DNA from: Fimbriosthenelais zetlandica
Lineage: Eukaryota
NCBI GenBank assembly: GCA_977030845.1
Contig: OZ365116.1
Location: 18,600,001 to 18,664,000 of the forward strand
Direction of reading: 5' to 3'
Length of the DNA: 64,000 nucleotides
Every line of letters begins with the position of its first letter. The stretch's first letter is position 1. Below, one piece after another: positions 27,097 through 41,307 of this stretch. The notes under the pieces were generated by a model that was not told where the DNA came from, did not search any database, and saw only the letters and a list, made by a program, of their open reading frames with translations. The position numbers were made by a program, and so were the translations under genes.

Positions 27097-30000
27097 TTAA
27101 TATAAAGTTGTATGATGAAGGTTTATTTGTTTCTCGGACGCACCCTTCATTGATGGTTGAGTGACGTCATATCCGCCATGAGCGTGTGGGCCGCTGTGTT
27201 CACCTAGAGGTCGCTTGTTGAGCTTAGACAAGTAGGAAGATTCATTGGGAATGTGGGAGATCTCCTCCTTATGACGTCTCCTGAAATGAGAGACAAGTAA
27301 CAGAAATCAATGAACGATTCAAAGTAATATGTGTTTCTCTTTCTATTACTAAAGAGACTCAATTACAATCTGAAATACGTGTAGTAATTATAACTGAGTA
27401 CATAACTTACTTTTTGTACCAGATGATCCCAAAGATGAGTAGGAATAGAAGCAACACTGCTACTATACATCCAACGATAATTCCCACTGAAATAAAGGGC
27501 TGAACGTTTATGCCATTTCCAACGACAATACAGATTCTCACGTTACAAATAAGGCCATGCAGACAAGGAATCTCAAAAATTTCATGATATTATATTCAGT
27601 GAGATTTACTTACCTAAAGATGCCATTTTATCAGATACTTTAGGTCCTGAAAATAATGAGATAGAAAATGATTATGCACTGCAGTTGAAATGTTGTTAGA
27701 AACGATAGTTAATAATTATTATAGAGACACCCACCTGCCTGATGTGGGTAGTTAGCATAAGGATGGTTGTGGTTGTCATCAGGATTGATGAAGGACCAGG
27801 GTGGGTATTGGTAAGGTCCACCAGGCTTGTCCGTCCCACCTTTGTGTGGGGGTAACTTCCCTGAGGGACTGGTTTCCATGTCTGGACTTGGTGTCAGCTC
27901 CTCAGTGGTTGTCATGGGCGGTGTGGTGGTCGGGGGTTCCCAGTTAGCAGGGGTACAGGATATCTGTAATCTTCCCAAAGCTGAATATGGGTAGAATAAT
28001 ATCACATTTTAGCTTCTTGAGATGCCGTTAATGAACTTGGATTCAAGCAGTCAGTTTATCTTGCGACTAAAACTAAGAATTACTCATACAATGTGAAGGT
28101 ATGTGTAGGTGTTTTACCTTCTATTTGTAGCCAGAATCCCTTCCTTTGTTGCCACTCATCAGTTTTGAAGTACAGTTGTACTTGGTGGGTTCTGCTTGTG
28201 ATGTTGTAATTTCTTGGCAGTTGTCCGCACCTTGGCATCCTCGACCCACCATCTGATACCTGTATATTTATACCAATTGATATTTTACTTAATTTGACCA
28301 TTTTTTTCTGGACTGGGGTCATGTACTGCAGATATCATTTGTACCTTAATGTTTCTTTTCAAATGAAACTTTTACCTATTGAACTCACCTGCACTACATC
28401 ATTTTCACAATTTTCGCTCCATTCCAAATTGTAATCAGCGAACTTGAGGAGTATACGTTGATCTGGGTCTGTGGTGATGTTACAGCGACACTCCAGGTTT
28501 GGTGAGTACATCTCAGGGTAGCCGGTACTCATGATGAACGCGGTGCGAAAAGATGACCTCTCAACTCTCTCACACACATCCACCACTTCACTCCCTTCAA
28601 AAATACAAAATATACAAAATCATCACTGCATTTTTCACTATTGAAGCATTTAAAATATCCCATATCTCAGCCCTTAATGTTACTATATAGGAATGTATTG
28701 GAGTGTTACATACTCGGGATACATTGGTAGATGGCATAGTTATAGCTGCTGTAGGCGTTACACTTGCCCATCCAGGTAACACTGACTGGTATGGTACATG
28801 TATCTCGCCCTATACAGGCATCATGAAGCTTGGAGTCTGTCTCTGTAGACGGGGGTTCTGTACAGTCACCATGTCTGTAGATACACTGACCAGCTCGTTG
28901 ACCAATACCCTGGACAGCGTCCATGATGAGGATCATCTCATCAGGCTGACACTGGTTGAAGTCTATACGGGGTACACCAGCCACACTGAAACATTTATTG
29001 GCTGTCTTGGTACCTAGAAAAACATACATACTTCGTTTTAGTTGACAGAGATGGAAAGTAAAGAAATGTGCCTTAATTCGACTTATCCATTAAATCCATT
29101 ATCCAGAAATTACTATAGAAGAATACCCCACTGAATTTATTTTTGCAAATCAGGAATGGTTGACTCTGTATTGTAGAAATTTGGATTCTTTGTGAATTGA
29201 TCAAAGAACATAGCCCTAGTTAAGATTGTCAATCCAGCATCAGTATTCAATGCAGGTTGACATGGAAAAACAGCATGGATAGGAAGCAATGAATTGGATT
29301 TCTAGAAGGCAGCTAGCTGTGAGATATTGAGAAAGCTGAAAGCTTTTTAATGGCAGACTTCTCAGAGCAGACAAGAAGCATATTAGAGCAGTTTAATGTA
29401 TATTTCATATAGGAATGAATGACTACAGAATAGATACTTTATAAAATGAAGGTAGAAGAGGAACACGATGCAGAGATGACCAATGATACTGATTTATTAG
29501 GTCCAGATTGTCCAGCATCATAGATTGGCCTGATGGCAGGTGGGACTAGCCAGGCAGGCGTGAGGCGAGCATCTACACAATGTGGCTCAATGTTAGCAGG
29601 TCAGATTGTAGAGCTAAATAACCAAACATAAAATGCCAGGTATGCACACCAGTGGCTACTATAGGCACTAGTGATTTAGCAGCAACTTTTTTCAGAAAGG
29701 AATTCTCTACAGAGCATTGGCGATTTTTTGTAGCCATCAGAGCACCATATGTGATACAAGAATTTGGATTGATTGATATTTAAATTAAGTATTTACAGAC
29801 TGAGAGCACCCCAAAGAACCAGATTAAACCAAGCATGGAACAAGCAACTTGCCAATTAAATGATAATTGGTTTGTGTCCATTGCTTACCCTCTTCTTTTT
29901 CTGAAATACATTTAGCTTCTTAGTAGTTGGGCTAAACTTTGGGTTAGTCATACGTCCAAGAACTTATGTTGGTATTCAAATGTTCATTTTAAAGTACTTA

Positions 30001-30716
30001 ATTTCAATTTAAAGTTTAGTATAAATTATCATCCTTACCCTTATTCCTCTCTGAAAATATATATAGGGGAGAAATCAATATCTTTTGTTAAACGTGCTTA
30101 TTAAAAAGGTCTATTGTTAACATATGTCGTATTTGTTTTCTGATATGAAAATAAATGTTCTATGTTACATTGAGTTACAATACACATGTCCCTGATGGGA
30201 GGAAGTTATTTTTGATGTCTGGTAACTCTTGGCTCTTGTTGAGGGAGAGTTGGCTGTGACAGCAGTCTGTCTGTGACAAGCTGCTACCAAATACCTTCAC
30301 CAGTCACAAGCTTCTCCCCATGTTTCCTCCACAGGTTCTTGTACTGTTTTATTTTTGTACCTGGCGATTTTAAACTGTGCAATAACCTCCTTTTAAACCC
30401 CTCTATTGTTCAAATCTGGAATGAGCTGAAAAACTTATTATTTTGAGTGGTCCAAGCCACATTATTTATATATATTATAAGCTATTTTAATTATATTTTG
30501 CTATAAGATCGTTCTTATCTTTCTGGCATTATGAGCTGGAGGTTTACAATATGGGTTAGCAGGTAAATCCGATGTTCATTGCTTCCTTCCAAGTAATAAT
30601 ATCTTTGGAATAAGCAACTTACCGAGATACCCTATTGAGCTGAAGGAACTTGTCACTTGAATCATGATGACGAATAAGACTGTGGCCTTGATATGTACCC
30701 TTGGTGGACACTCCAT
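27097..30716 (-). CDS. G7: signal peptide + SUEL + CUB-like + Pro/Thr stalk + TM + ~60-aa tail (~415-423 aa)
   Basis: Exons 30623-30716 (MECPPRVHIKATVLFVIMIQVTSS..), candidate microexons 30039-30050 and 29889-29900, 28714-29013 (SUEL), 28389-28594 and 28118-28259 (CUB, STGYP..ECRCN..KGFWLQIE), 27735-27980 (LQISC + stalk), 27411-27486 (TM VGIIVGCIVAVLLLFLLIFGIIW-YKK), 27097-27280 (tail ending HTTLY*). Confidence 0.88.
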
Positions 30717-31079
30717 CTTTGATTTTCAGCAATCACTATCACAAAGTTAGAAGGATGGATATAAAGTTTCTGTGTCCAATCAGTCGTAATCCATTTAAAT
30801 GTAGTTCCTTCACAGCAGTCAGCCTTGTCACATCCTGGTGTGAATTCTCCTCTGTACGTCCTTTACAACCATTGGATTTTACCCTGGACAGTTAGTTAAG
30901 TCATTTTCGATGATATTTAAATTGAAATGATTCAAAACTTTGTGATTTCTGCCCCCTGTTCAAGACCGGGGGTTTGACCATTGGATGAAGTCCACTAGAA
31001 CCAAGTCCACCTCCACCACCTCCTCAGCCTCGGACACCTTGAAACAGGCACTCTCATTGGTCCACTTCAGGCGTCGCTT

Positions 31080-31162
31080 GTCCCATGGTGACCAAAAAAT
31101 ATATCCGTTACCATGGTAACACCTGACCTTTCACCATGACATGGGATTGTTGCCATAGCAAT
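31080..31162. promoter_or_regulatory. Cluster of RFX X-box motifs upstream of G7
   Basis: Perfect palindrome GTTACCATGGTAAC at 31107-31120, GTTGCCATAGCAAT at 31149-31162, degenerate GTCCCATGGTGAC at 31080-31092; ~370-450 bp 5' of the G7 ATG. Confidence 0.6.
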
Positions 31163-33165
31163 GAGGCTGGAGCAGGACACCATCTGGTGGGCTATTATGT
31201 GGTGGCCATTTGCTGGGTGTGGTTTGGTGCTATCCATGTCATGTCTATACCTCATCATTGACAATGCATCTATAACCTGACCCGGCCCAGTGAGACTGTA
31301 ATAATTAGCACTGGATGCTGGAAAAGACAGAGCCGACTTGACCCGCCATATTAAAATTGTCATCCATTTCGACAGATTGTTCAACACAGGTGCATGATGA
31401 GTTGATTGTCAACCATCAGTCATATTTCCCTGTCCTACTTTGTAGGAACCATGGCCAACTGTTAAAATCTGAGCTGTGGGATTTGACAATCTTTTCTTAA
31501 AAGTTCCTCACTCTGATAGATGCATGAGTTATCCATACTTTGTAGATCAGAGACGCATTCATTTATTGAATTCATCAAGTTTATTGGATCGGATTTTTGG
31601 TCTAGTATAAGACTTGAAGTGTAATGATACTCAACTGTCACAAGCAAAATTTGAGACCTCCTCAAGTCAAACTAGCTCATCCTATGAAGTGACTAAGTTA
31701 TTTTCTGCTGCCAAAGCAGCTGGTGCACAAAAGTGATTTCATTTGAAACAATTCCCATGACCTAACGTCAGAAGTTCCATGTAATGTTTGTTGTTTTTAC
31801 TGACTCAAGTCCAAAACCATTTGTCAGATCTTCTATTGTCACAGTTTAAAGTGGGCGGAAGGTTAAAGGGGCATGATCACATCCTCAGAGCACCAATAAA
31901 GCTGACAGATTGAGATGATGATTCATGACCACTTCTTTCATATCTCATGATTTACCTTTTCATGACATAATACATCAAGACATTTGTATTAACGATAAGA
32001 CAGGTATGCACTGTTTGAACACATGTTCTCTTATATTATTTTGTTTCTATTTTTGCCTTCCTGTCCCACCATGTGCTACTACTGATAAATCCTGTAACAT
32101 GGGGTATCTTTTGAACGCCTATTTTTTCTGGTGAATATCTATAGAAAATCATGGCCATTTTCCCTAAGTTTGAGCTGTCAGGATTTTACTGACAACTAAA
32201 CATTAAGCAGTGTTTGTCAGCCTGTTCAGAATCCCCCTGTTTGACATGATAACATGTGCTGCCACCTGCTATATTGCCATCGGAAATACTCAAAAGAACA
32301 CAGGGGGCAGTAGAGGTTTTGCCATAATAATGCCTCACTTTTAGGCTCTGAGTGTGATGTCACTTACAAGGGTTATATATACTCGAGTATATATGTGAAA
32401 AAAGGTCACCCTGAGATGAGTGTTTTTCTGACACCTTTGACTGTCGATGACCCAAAATGATCGATTGAAGTTGGTGCCCCCTGATGACGGGGTAGTTTGT
32501 TAGATACATGTATATAGATATTCAAAGAAAAATATTTCCTCTGCCGTAAGTTATTTCGAGCGTATTCATTAATTATTCTACAAGGCATTAACTTAGACGT
32601 GTCACATAGTTAGATATTTTTATCTCATTCATCAAGAAAAGTCCAGGTCATATTTTATAATCAAATGTAATTTATTCAATATAGACCAGCTATTGTTATC
32701 TTTTTTGTTGTATTCAGACTTACAAATCATTATAACATATTTGGCACTCTCATTTACATTAGTTAAATGATAAATAATGAGTTAGATTGTTCGCTTTACG
32801 TAACGATCATTTGCCATAAGTGGATTTTGAAAGCTGAACATTCATATAAGGTATTCATAATACACAAGGTTAAACAATAAATCTTTATTTAAATGCGTAC
32901 AGATTATATCTTTACAAAATCTGTTGAATGTTTCATTCAAACATATATTTCATTCTGTTTGACAATTAAGGTGAGTTAATCAACATTTGCTGCACCCCCT
33001 TTGTCAGTTTTGAAAAATCCACGATATGTGAATTGTGTACAAGTATTGTGAGAATGTGACTACGGTACATACACCCACATTGTCATATCTATCTTCTTTG
33101 GCATCCAAAGTCTTAATGGCCCATAATATTGACCAGTTTGGGCCCAAATAGAGATTTCTCTGTTT

Positions 33166-36100
33166 TCACACTCGTTTTGGTCTTGGAATCTTTCTCCCAT
33201 CGAAATTTGTCGCACTTAGATTGCGGCTCAGTCCTTTAGCAGATGCAAAATGAATCCCTTCTTCTCTGTCATGGTTCCGCCTCATAATGCTGCAATTAAA
33301 TGGTAATTTATTTGATTTGATATCTTTGAGAGCTCTTGGCACATTAATTTTGTCATTTATTTGGAGTGTAAGTGTCAAATACTCACAATCTGATGACGAT
33401 TCCAAGTATAATCAGCAGTAGAATGCTACCAACCACACACGCTACTATAATAGTCACTGGAAACAATTTAAAACATCAATCAGTTTGTATTACATGAATT
33501 TGTGCATTTATAGAGTATATTATTATTGGTCCATAAATCGGTGGCCATATACTCTACCTACCCAAGTTATTTTGTTGCCCCTGGAGTGATTCTGTTTGGT
33601 TCGGCGTCTCGCCTGAAAATAATCAATCGTGGAATCTCATCAGGATTTGGTGACTTGATCTAACACGTCTAATGCTGAGGGTCAAATTCATTTCTTGAAT
33701 CCCAGTTTTGAATCATATTACTTACTTCTAGTGATTGGTTTGCCTGGGGTTCGACGTCTTACTTTTTCTGCTGGTATTGCCATTGGAGATGCTAATAAAA
33801 TCATAAGAAGCTTTTATAGCCGAGAGCAAGCGAATAGGAAGCTGTGATGAGGCAGAATTTGAGAGAACCACAAGATATGAAATACATGCATTTGAGTCTC
33901 TAGATTTCTAACTATTGACCGAATGTATTTGAGGTCTGACCTCTTACTAAAGAAGAATTTTTGTGTGCAATTGTTTGTGAATATGTGTGGTATTCATTTG
34001 GATTTTCTCCCTTTTATGAACTTCCAAATGAAACTGAAGTTGGTGCTATTACCTGAGGCCATCTTTGTTGCGCGCGGCATCTGGGGAATGGAGTTGTCCA
34101 GTGTTGGTGGAGCATAGGTTGGATCTGCCATGGTGGAGTAGTGTGTTGTGTCTATTGAACCAGAGGTACCAGTCAATGAAGGGGCTGTCACTTTAGCTAC
34201 TTTAGGTCTTGGTTTAGGTCTGACAGTGGTTTTTGGTTTGGGTCTAGGAGTGGGGATGGGTGGGTTGGGTGGCATGGTATGGCCCTCTTTGACATGTGCT
34301 ACATCACGGGGCCTCACATCAGAGGAAGAGGCAATTGCTAAGATCGGACCATTGAAGTCTGGAGAGTTCTTTACTTTCTCAAAAGCTGGCCAGGAAGTCC
34401 AGTCTTCTTCATCAAGGGTCTTATAAAAGTCTGATACTGACTGAATTTTACCTGCCAATTCCTCCACCACATTGTACCTGTCCTTATGCACTGAGTCAAC
34501 TAGAGTGGGTTCTGTTTTTGAGGTGGTACTGCTTGAGCTCTGTGTTGTCATGTCAAATGGCGATACATATACAGTTTTGATTGTGGATTGTTCTTCTTTT
34601 TGCCTTGGTCCTATGGCAGGCAGGTACATCTTGGGTTTTGGGCTGACAAATCTAGGCCTTTCAGTTCTCCCCTGCCAGTTCTTAGTCCTTTTTCTTTTGT
34701 ATCTTTTCATGTCATCGTCTATGCTGGACTCAAATTCATAGTTCCTGCTGTATCTATATTTTGGTCTACTTCTTACTGGATATCTCCTCCGGGGACTGTA
34801 TGTGTACTTTTCTCTTGGATATACCCTGTTCTTAATAAGATCTTTCTCTGGCATATCCATGGGTTCTATCCAAGTCACAGGTTGCAGGGCCACCTTAGAA
34901 GTTGGTACCTTGTAATTTTCCTCCTTTGGCTTGACATTTCTAAATTTGTTCCTCCTGTTGCCTCTGACTCGAATGCTAGGATTTTCTGACTTGCCTTTTG
35001 TTTTTGGATACTTTACTTTTAGCTTTTTACCTTTTATGCGTTTGTTATTTGATTTGCCATGTTTGGCTAAAGGTGGGTCAGTTTTACTCTGAGGTTTTGC
35101 TGTGGTGGGTTGTGGGGTCGTTGTTGAGGTGGTTGTATTCAGAGGTGGACTCACTGTTGTCTTCTCCTGATGTTTCTGACCTCTCTTAATCTTGGTATTT
35201 TCCAATATTTTGACAATTTTCTTGACTTTATCAGTAAAATCTCCTTTGTTTTTCTTGACCACAACTGGAGGGTCTTGACTTTGCTCCTTTCCAGTGTCTG
35301 GTCTCACATTAGTATTGAGACGCTTGCGTTTATTTTTGGAAGTAAATCTCTGGTACTTCTTCCGCTTTCTCTTGATTCCGAGTTGGTCTGATGCCTGATT
35401 CATGTTTGTGAATTTGGTTTTCTTTGTGGAATACCTTGGATGAGGCCGTAATGGTGAATTAGTAACACGCCATTCATTGTCACTCCTTCCATACGATTGA
35501 AACATGTCTTCAGAGTTGATATCAGAAGGATTCCCTGATGAATTTGAACCTTGGATATCTGTTTTCATTCTTGTGTCAAGTTTCTTGCTAGGCATTGAGT
35601 CCACTTCAGCTGGTCGACTCTTGCTTGTTCTTAAGGCAGGGTGTTCGTTTGGTGTACCTTCTGAATTATGTCCTAAATGTTTATATCTGTTGATGTTTTT
35701 GTTAGGTTGAAGAGCTGGAAGTACCCTCAGATATCTGTCTGTCTGTTTCTCTGGTTCTACCACTAACTCTTTCTCCAGTGCTCTGATCAAGGGTAAAGGA
35801 AACTGGAGTTTCTTTAGCAAGGAAGATGGGAGGTGTGACCATAGCCTTTCAGAATTTGTAGGGTTTAGGGAAAAGGTCTTGGGATCAGTCTTAGAAAAGT
35901 CAAAGTTGCCATGCTGAAGAATGTTAGGGTTAAAATAGGGGGAAGACTTGCCTGCTATCGCCTCAGGGTGTGCAGGTTTTGGGTGTTGGTAGCGGTTTTC
36001 AGTGGTAGTGGTTGTGGAGGTGCTACTAGAGGAATGACGTGGGATGGACATTGTGTGGTAGCGTCTAGACCTGGGTAGATCACTAAGCATGGTTTTATCT

Positions 36101-38220
36101 TTGGTTGGTGGGTTTGTAGGGTTGTCTCTGTAGTACTTGGTAGCATTAGGCTTCTCAGTAAACCTCCACCACCAGGGTGTAGTGTACTTGTCTGAGGTTG
36201 AGCTGCTCAAGTCTGTTTTCTCTGTATCTTGCACTTCATTGGCCTTCATAATTTTCTCTATCTTTTCTTTTCTCTTTCTCGGTTTGAAAGTCTTTTTGGG
36301 TTTTCTGGGTTTTGTTGTAAGTCTTTGTGTGGTTGTCTGAGGATCGGTGGTTGTCTCAACTATCCGATGAGTACACATCAATTTCACTGGGTTTGGGGGC
36401 GTAGCTGAAAGTGGGAGACATTTATATTGTAGATTAATATGAGAGAGACAGTGTCATTGTATTATTGCTAGGTTTAAGACTTATTGCTTCCTGATATATT
36501 AATGCTAGTTTACTCGTGAATGACACAGTGTGATGTATAGTATAACAGCTGACTGTCACCTTCATACTTTAACCAGAAGCTGCTCTTGCCACCTTGACCA
36601 TCTGTGTCAAACTTCACGTGGATGGCGTTTGTATTTGAATTAATCTTGTCAGTCTGCTGATTACAGTAGTGCGTGGTCTGTCCATTGTAGGAGACTTGTA
36701 ACTTGTTGTGATCACAAGTATAATCCTGAGACTGAAAATAACAAGTATCATTTACATATAAGACATGGTCCTGTCTGTCATCAGGCTAGATAGAATGCCA
36801 CATCTTACTTACTTTTCTTTCTATACTATTGGAGCATTAATCAGGGGTGAGGTTACCTGGAAGTCCAGCACCGTGAGCTCTATATTGCTGTCTGTCTCTG
36901 TTGTCAGACTACATTCACATTCACGAGCTGCTCCCGGGTTAATGTGACTGTTTGGACTTCTGAGGAAGCCACTCTCTGACTTTAACTTGACGCTCGTGCA
37001 AACGTCACTTACACTGTTCAGTTCAACTGAAAAAAAAGTTGCATTTACATGTTATAAATTACATGTTAGCCTATGAGTTGTTGCAGATTTTTGTATGCAG
37101 ATTGACCTGTTGATTTGAGATAAATATAAGTGTTGTCATGTGATTTAACCCACCTGGCACACAGTTAAACTCGATGTACATATAATCGCTGAAGCCGCGA
37201 CATGTTGCAGTGTTGATGTACTGTTGTGTGACGTCTAGTCGACATGCTGGACGTCCCATACACAGCGTCCGTACGTCCTGCATCTGACAGCCTCTCTGAC
37301 CGTACTCACATCCACAGTCATTATCATTATAGGCACACAGGCCCACGTGGTTCTGCACCTTCAGACCAGCCCGAATTACCTGCAATAATAGTTGGTCAAG
37401 AATAAACTGGTTTGAAATGTGCAATCAAATAAGTTATGTGAATATCTCAAGGTTTTGAATGTATCCATCAGATGGTTCCCATTTCATCCTCTACTGGGTA
37501 TACATGAAACATCTGTGAAATCATTTTTATTCGAAACTGAAATATCTGACAGTCAAACTATGCTGATTCATCTTCATTTATGGATAAAAAAAAAATATAG
37601 GCTAAAATTGATGCCCTGAATGTAACATGATAGTCATGGCCGTCTCCTGGCACGGTAACTATGGTGGCCAGCTGGTGGAGTACTTAGCCGGCTTTTATTG
37701 TGTGGCCAGGTAATAGCATTCCCATGGTAACACACTCAATTTATAACCAACCATTTTAATGTTACTGCATTTGAACTGTACAGAATATTCCGACTGATTC
37801 AAGAAGATGTTTAATATATTATTGACTGTCCTTGGATCCCCAGAAATTGGTTGCCAAGTTTGGTACCTACTAACATTTCAAGTAATATGAGTGTGTGAGG
37901 CAAAGTAGCTTATTTGGTTTAAGAGAATGTTCATGTATGAACGGTATGCCAGCCTACCTGAATGACGGTGTTTCTTGGACATTGTGCGCTGACAACTGGG
38001 GGTCCGAAACTACCCCAACAGGCATAACGCCTCTCAGGAGACTGTGCTTCCACTGAAAGTATATGAACTCTTATTCTGTCATCTTAACAATTGAGGATAT
38101 CTTAGCTATCTTAGGTAAGAAATGCAGAGCAATTGAAACAATTGTGAAAGAAATGTCAGTACCTTGATGTTGGCGAAGGCTCGCCAAGATGCCTGCTACA
38201 AGAAGCAGTTTAGCGTCCAT
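33166..38220 (-). CDS. G6: signal peptide + SUEL + CUB-like + ~780-aa basic/Thr/Pro-rich stalk + TM + short tail (~1100 aa)
   Basis: Exons 38163-38220 (MDAKLLLVAGILASLRQHQ), 37958-38052 and 37154-37379 (SUEL), 36857-37026 and 36560-36731 (CUB, RSPN..ECECS..SSFWLKYE), 34053-36404 (2352 nt, the 797-aa ORF), 33562-33612, 33387-33456 (TM VTIIVACVVGSILLLIILGIVI), 33166-33289 (tail). A further 48-nt exon near 33.76-33.81 kb is possible. Confidence 0.85.
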
Positions 38221-41200
38221 CCTCCCTTTCCTTGACCGATGAACCTCCATGACCAATTCTCATTTTTCTATCCCTGTTTGTAATTATATCTCACTCGCCC
38301 ACAAATCGTAGTCCTTCTTTTCCTGGAAATGTCGACGTTATCCTCCGAAAAGTGCTACACACAGAACGATGTACTCAAATTGTCCAACTGAGGAAAACAA
38401 TGATTCAGCTTTACCTGGATTTTAGGAAGGCTGCTGTTGGATGTTGTGAAAGTTGAAATGTTTTGTCTTTGGGATCTGTTTGTTGGAGTTTTGGGTGTGT
38501 CTGTAAACAAGATAGTTGGGAGGCTGCGGTGATGGTGAGACGTAGAAAATGACGGTGGTGGAGGAGGGATAATTGGTGAGGAATGTCAGCCGTGACATTT
38601 TGACCACCGGCCACCAGGAGGACTGCCCCCATCCATCTGGTGACAACAGGCCCCCAGATGGTGCGTCCACGCACCTGGGATGGACCCAGCCGCTAGGTGG
38701 CTAGTTGGTGTTGGGTGGGGGCCTCACATGGGGGTCAGGAGGGACGAGGTTTTTATATTAATCTATTAAAAGAGTCCCTCACTAGATGACCTGAGGGATG
38801 ACCCCTCCCTGAACACTGATCATATTCAGACCATCGCTTCACTTGTGCCTTGCTCTGAGATTTTGTTTCTGCTAATTTTGCTCCATCTTCAATCCCATTT
38901 GTACATCCCTCTTTCTCAGTGATGTCTTCTATAAGATTTATTAAAAGGAAGGTAGAGTGCATTGAACTCTTGCTGTTTACAATATTTACTGCTCACTCCT
39001 TGACACCTAACACATTGATTTCTTTGTTTTCTACATTGAGATATTATGGTGTCGACATTATAGACCATAATTTAACTTCTCATACTGTGACATTGGGGAA
39101 GACGAATGTAAAGGGACAGATGGCTGTTAGTCTGACAGGAAGCTGGTCTAGGTCACGTGATGAGCAGTATCACATCTATTAGCATGATGGCTTCTCACGT
39201 GCTGCAACACAGATCACAAATATTTGAGGTATTTTGATATGTCCTCTTTATAATATTTGTTTTCAGACAACCTATCTACAGCCGTCTTTTAATTTATTGT
39301 GAACTACGTAAGGCCACATGTGTGGGGTTTATTTTTCCTTTATTTATTAAAATTTGCCTACTAAACCACATCTGGAGGATAACGTTTTCTACTTTCCTTA
39401 AATAATCATTAATGTGGTCATTTTGAGTTCCATTACACAGGGCATTTTCCTTCAGAAATCTTAAGTAAGTTTCAAGGTTTATCTGGAGTATTGTGTCTGG
39501 GTTTATTTTTGGAGAAAATGAACAAAATCTGTTAGTTTTGAATTATAGCACTTTATTTAAAACAGAATACATATCAACAAATGTGTGAAATAATTGTGAA
39601 GAACAATGAGGCTAACATATCAATCATTCAGCCACTCAATTAGGTTTAGTCGTTTAGCAATGTGCTCTGCACACTGTGACAATATGAAATTGCTTCGCTT
39701 CGAATTGATAAATGATAACTACTCTAGTTATCTTCCCACTTTTGCCAAAGGAAGATGGTAGAACTAAATGAAGCCCATGGAAAGTGAAAATTGATGTCAT
39801 GTCTGAACTAGAAAGGGGTCATTAGTTGCTAAGGCAGTCATTTCATTAAAGAATTGAATCTTTCTCAAATAATATAATGGGGAATGTAGGCCAGATGAGT
39901 AGGGAGGGTATTTCGCATTTACAGTTAACAAAGCATTGTTATTTACAGGCACATCTGGTTTACTCAGTTTAGTTTCAAGGCACAACTTTACCACCCTTCC
40001 TTCACTGTAATAGTATAGAAGCTTTATATTTTATGGCAAAAATAAACTGGCGAATAAGTGTAGTCATTCACTTTTAAGAGGGACTTAGGGTTATAGGAGG
40101 AACATCCTATGACACTTAGTGATAGCCGAACTTTCTGTCAGGAACATTCGTTCGTATCAATGGAATTCTGGCTTATAGTTTATTGTTCGGCTAGTTGATA
40201 CGTTTCCTTGATTTATCTATCAACTTTACCCAAGCACATACTTCTTTTACTAGATCCTCATATCGCCTATAGATATAAAATTGAAGCAACAAAACACAAT
40301 CTGAGGGACCAGAATTAGTTGGAAGAGATTTTGAGTATCTGACTGCATTGAGTCTGTCCCAGCTCTGCCTTCAGCTATACATTAGGAAGACTGGGGGAAT
40401 ATATGGAAGTTTTTGTGTTGGAAGGTTCATGAAGTTACTGTCGTGCCATACAGGGTATTAGATACAACATTCAATCATATGTACAGTACAGGATTACAAT
40501 TAAGCTGAAACATCGCCTCACAGAAGAATCTGAAACAAGGTATTTTCTAGGGTGTTGGCCTTGGCTTGAAATAGTAATTGTCACATATTTATATACTTGG
40601 AAGGTCTATCTTTCTTCTCTCTTTTTTAAACTAAAATTTTGTTAGAAGTCTGTGTTGAAATATCCCAGTAGAGGGTCTTGCAGGCTGTGGCTGGATGCCC
40701 ATGGCACATCCCGAGTCAGCAGTCCGCAACTGCCAGGCTTCTCACTAGGTGTCATGGTTGTAGGATTGCTATCACAGACGTCTGCTTATGTACGCCTACC
40801 TGTTAGTACGCAAAGAACACACAGGGAGTCAGTCATAGTCAAATCATTTTACATCAATGCGAAAAGATTACCAGCTAGATTAAACTGTTGTAGAGCTCTG
40901 TACAATTCCAGTGTTCAAGCATTAGTATTAGTGTTTAAAGTTTAGGCATGTAATTGCAGCATATGAACAAAGAGGGTCCAAAGCTTGTAGGAATATAGAT
41001 TAACAAAATATGTACAGAACAAGCAGTAGTGTGGGTGTGAAATAAGTGGAAGTTCAGGCAGCTGAGCTTATGTACAAAAGACTTTGCAAAGCTTTCCTAA
41101 TAAATTTGCATCTGTCACCATTGGAGCTGAAGCTTTGAGGTAAGGAGGGTAGGGGTAATCTCTGTAGAACGCTTGTGGGTCAAACTATGGTCAGGTATTA

Positions 41201-41307
41201 TTTGGTGAGGGATGTGTGCAGTAACTGGATAACTAGAGTGAAGAGACCAAACAATACATTACTTTTTGACTTTCTGAGTGGACTTCATCTGACTTTGCCT
41301 GGCTTAC

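Noticed and set aside
34148-36340. Plus-strand ORFs overlapping the 797-aa ORF (also 41856-42266, 46621-46950, 54322-54603, 59712-60038)
   Set aside because: They are antisense shadows of the minus-strand exons; their Val/Leu/Gly richness mirrors Thr/Pro/Lys codons.
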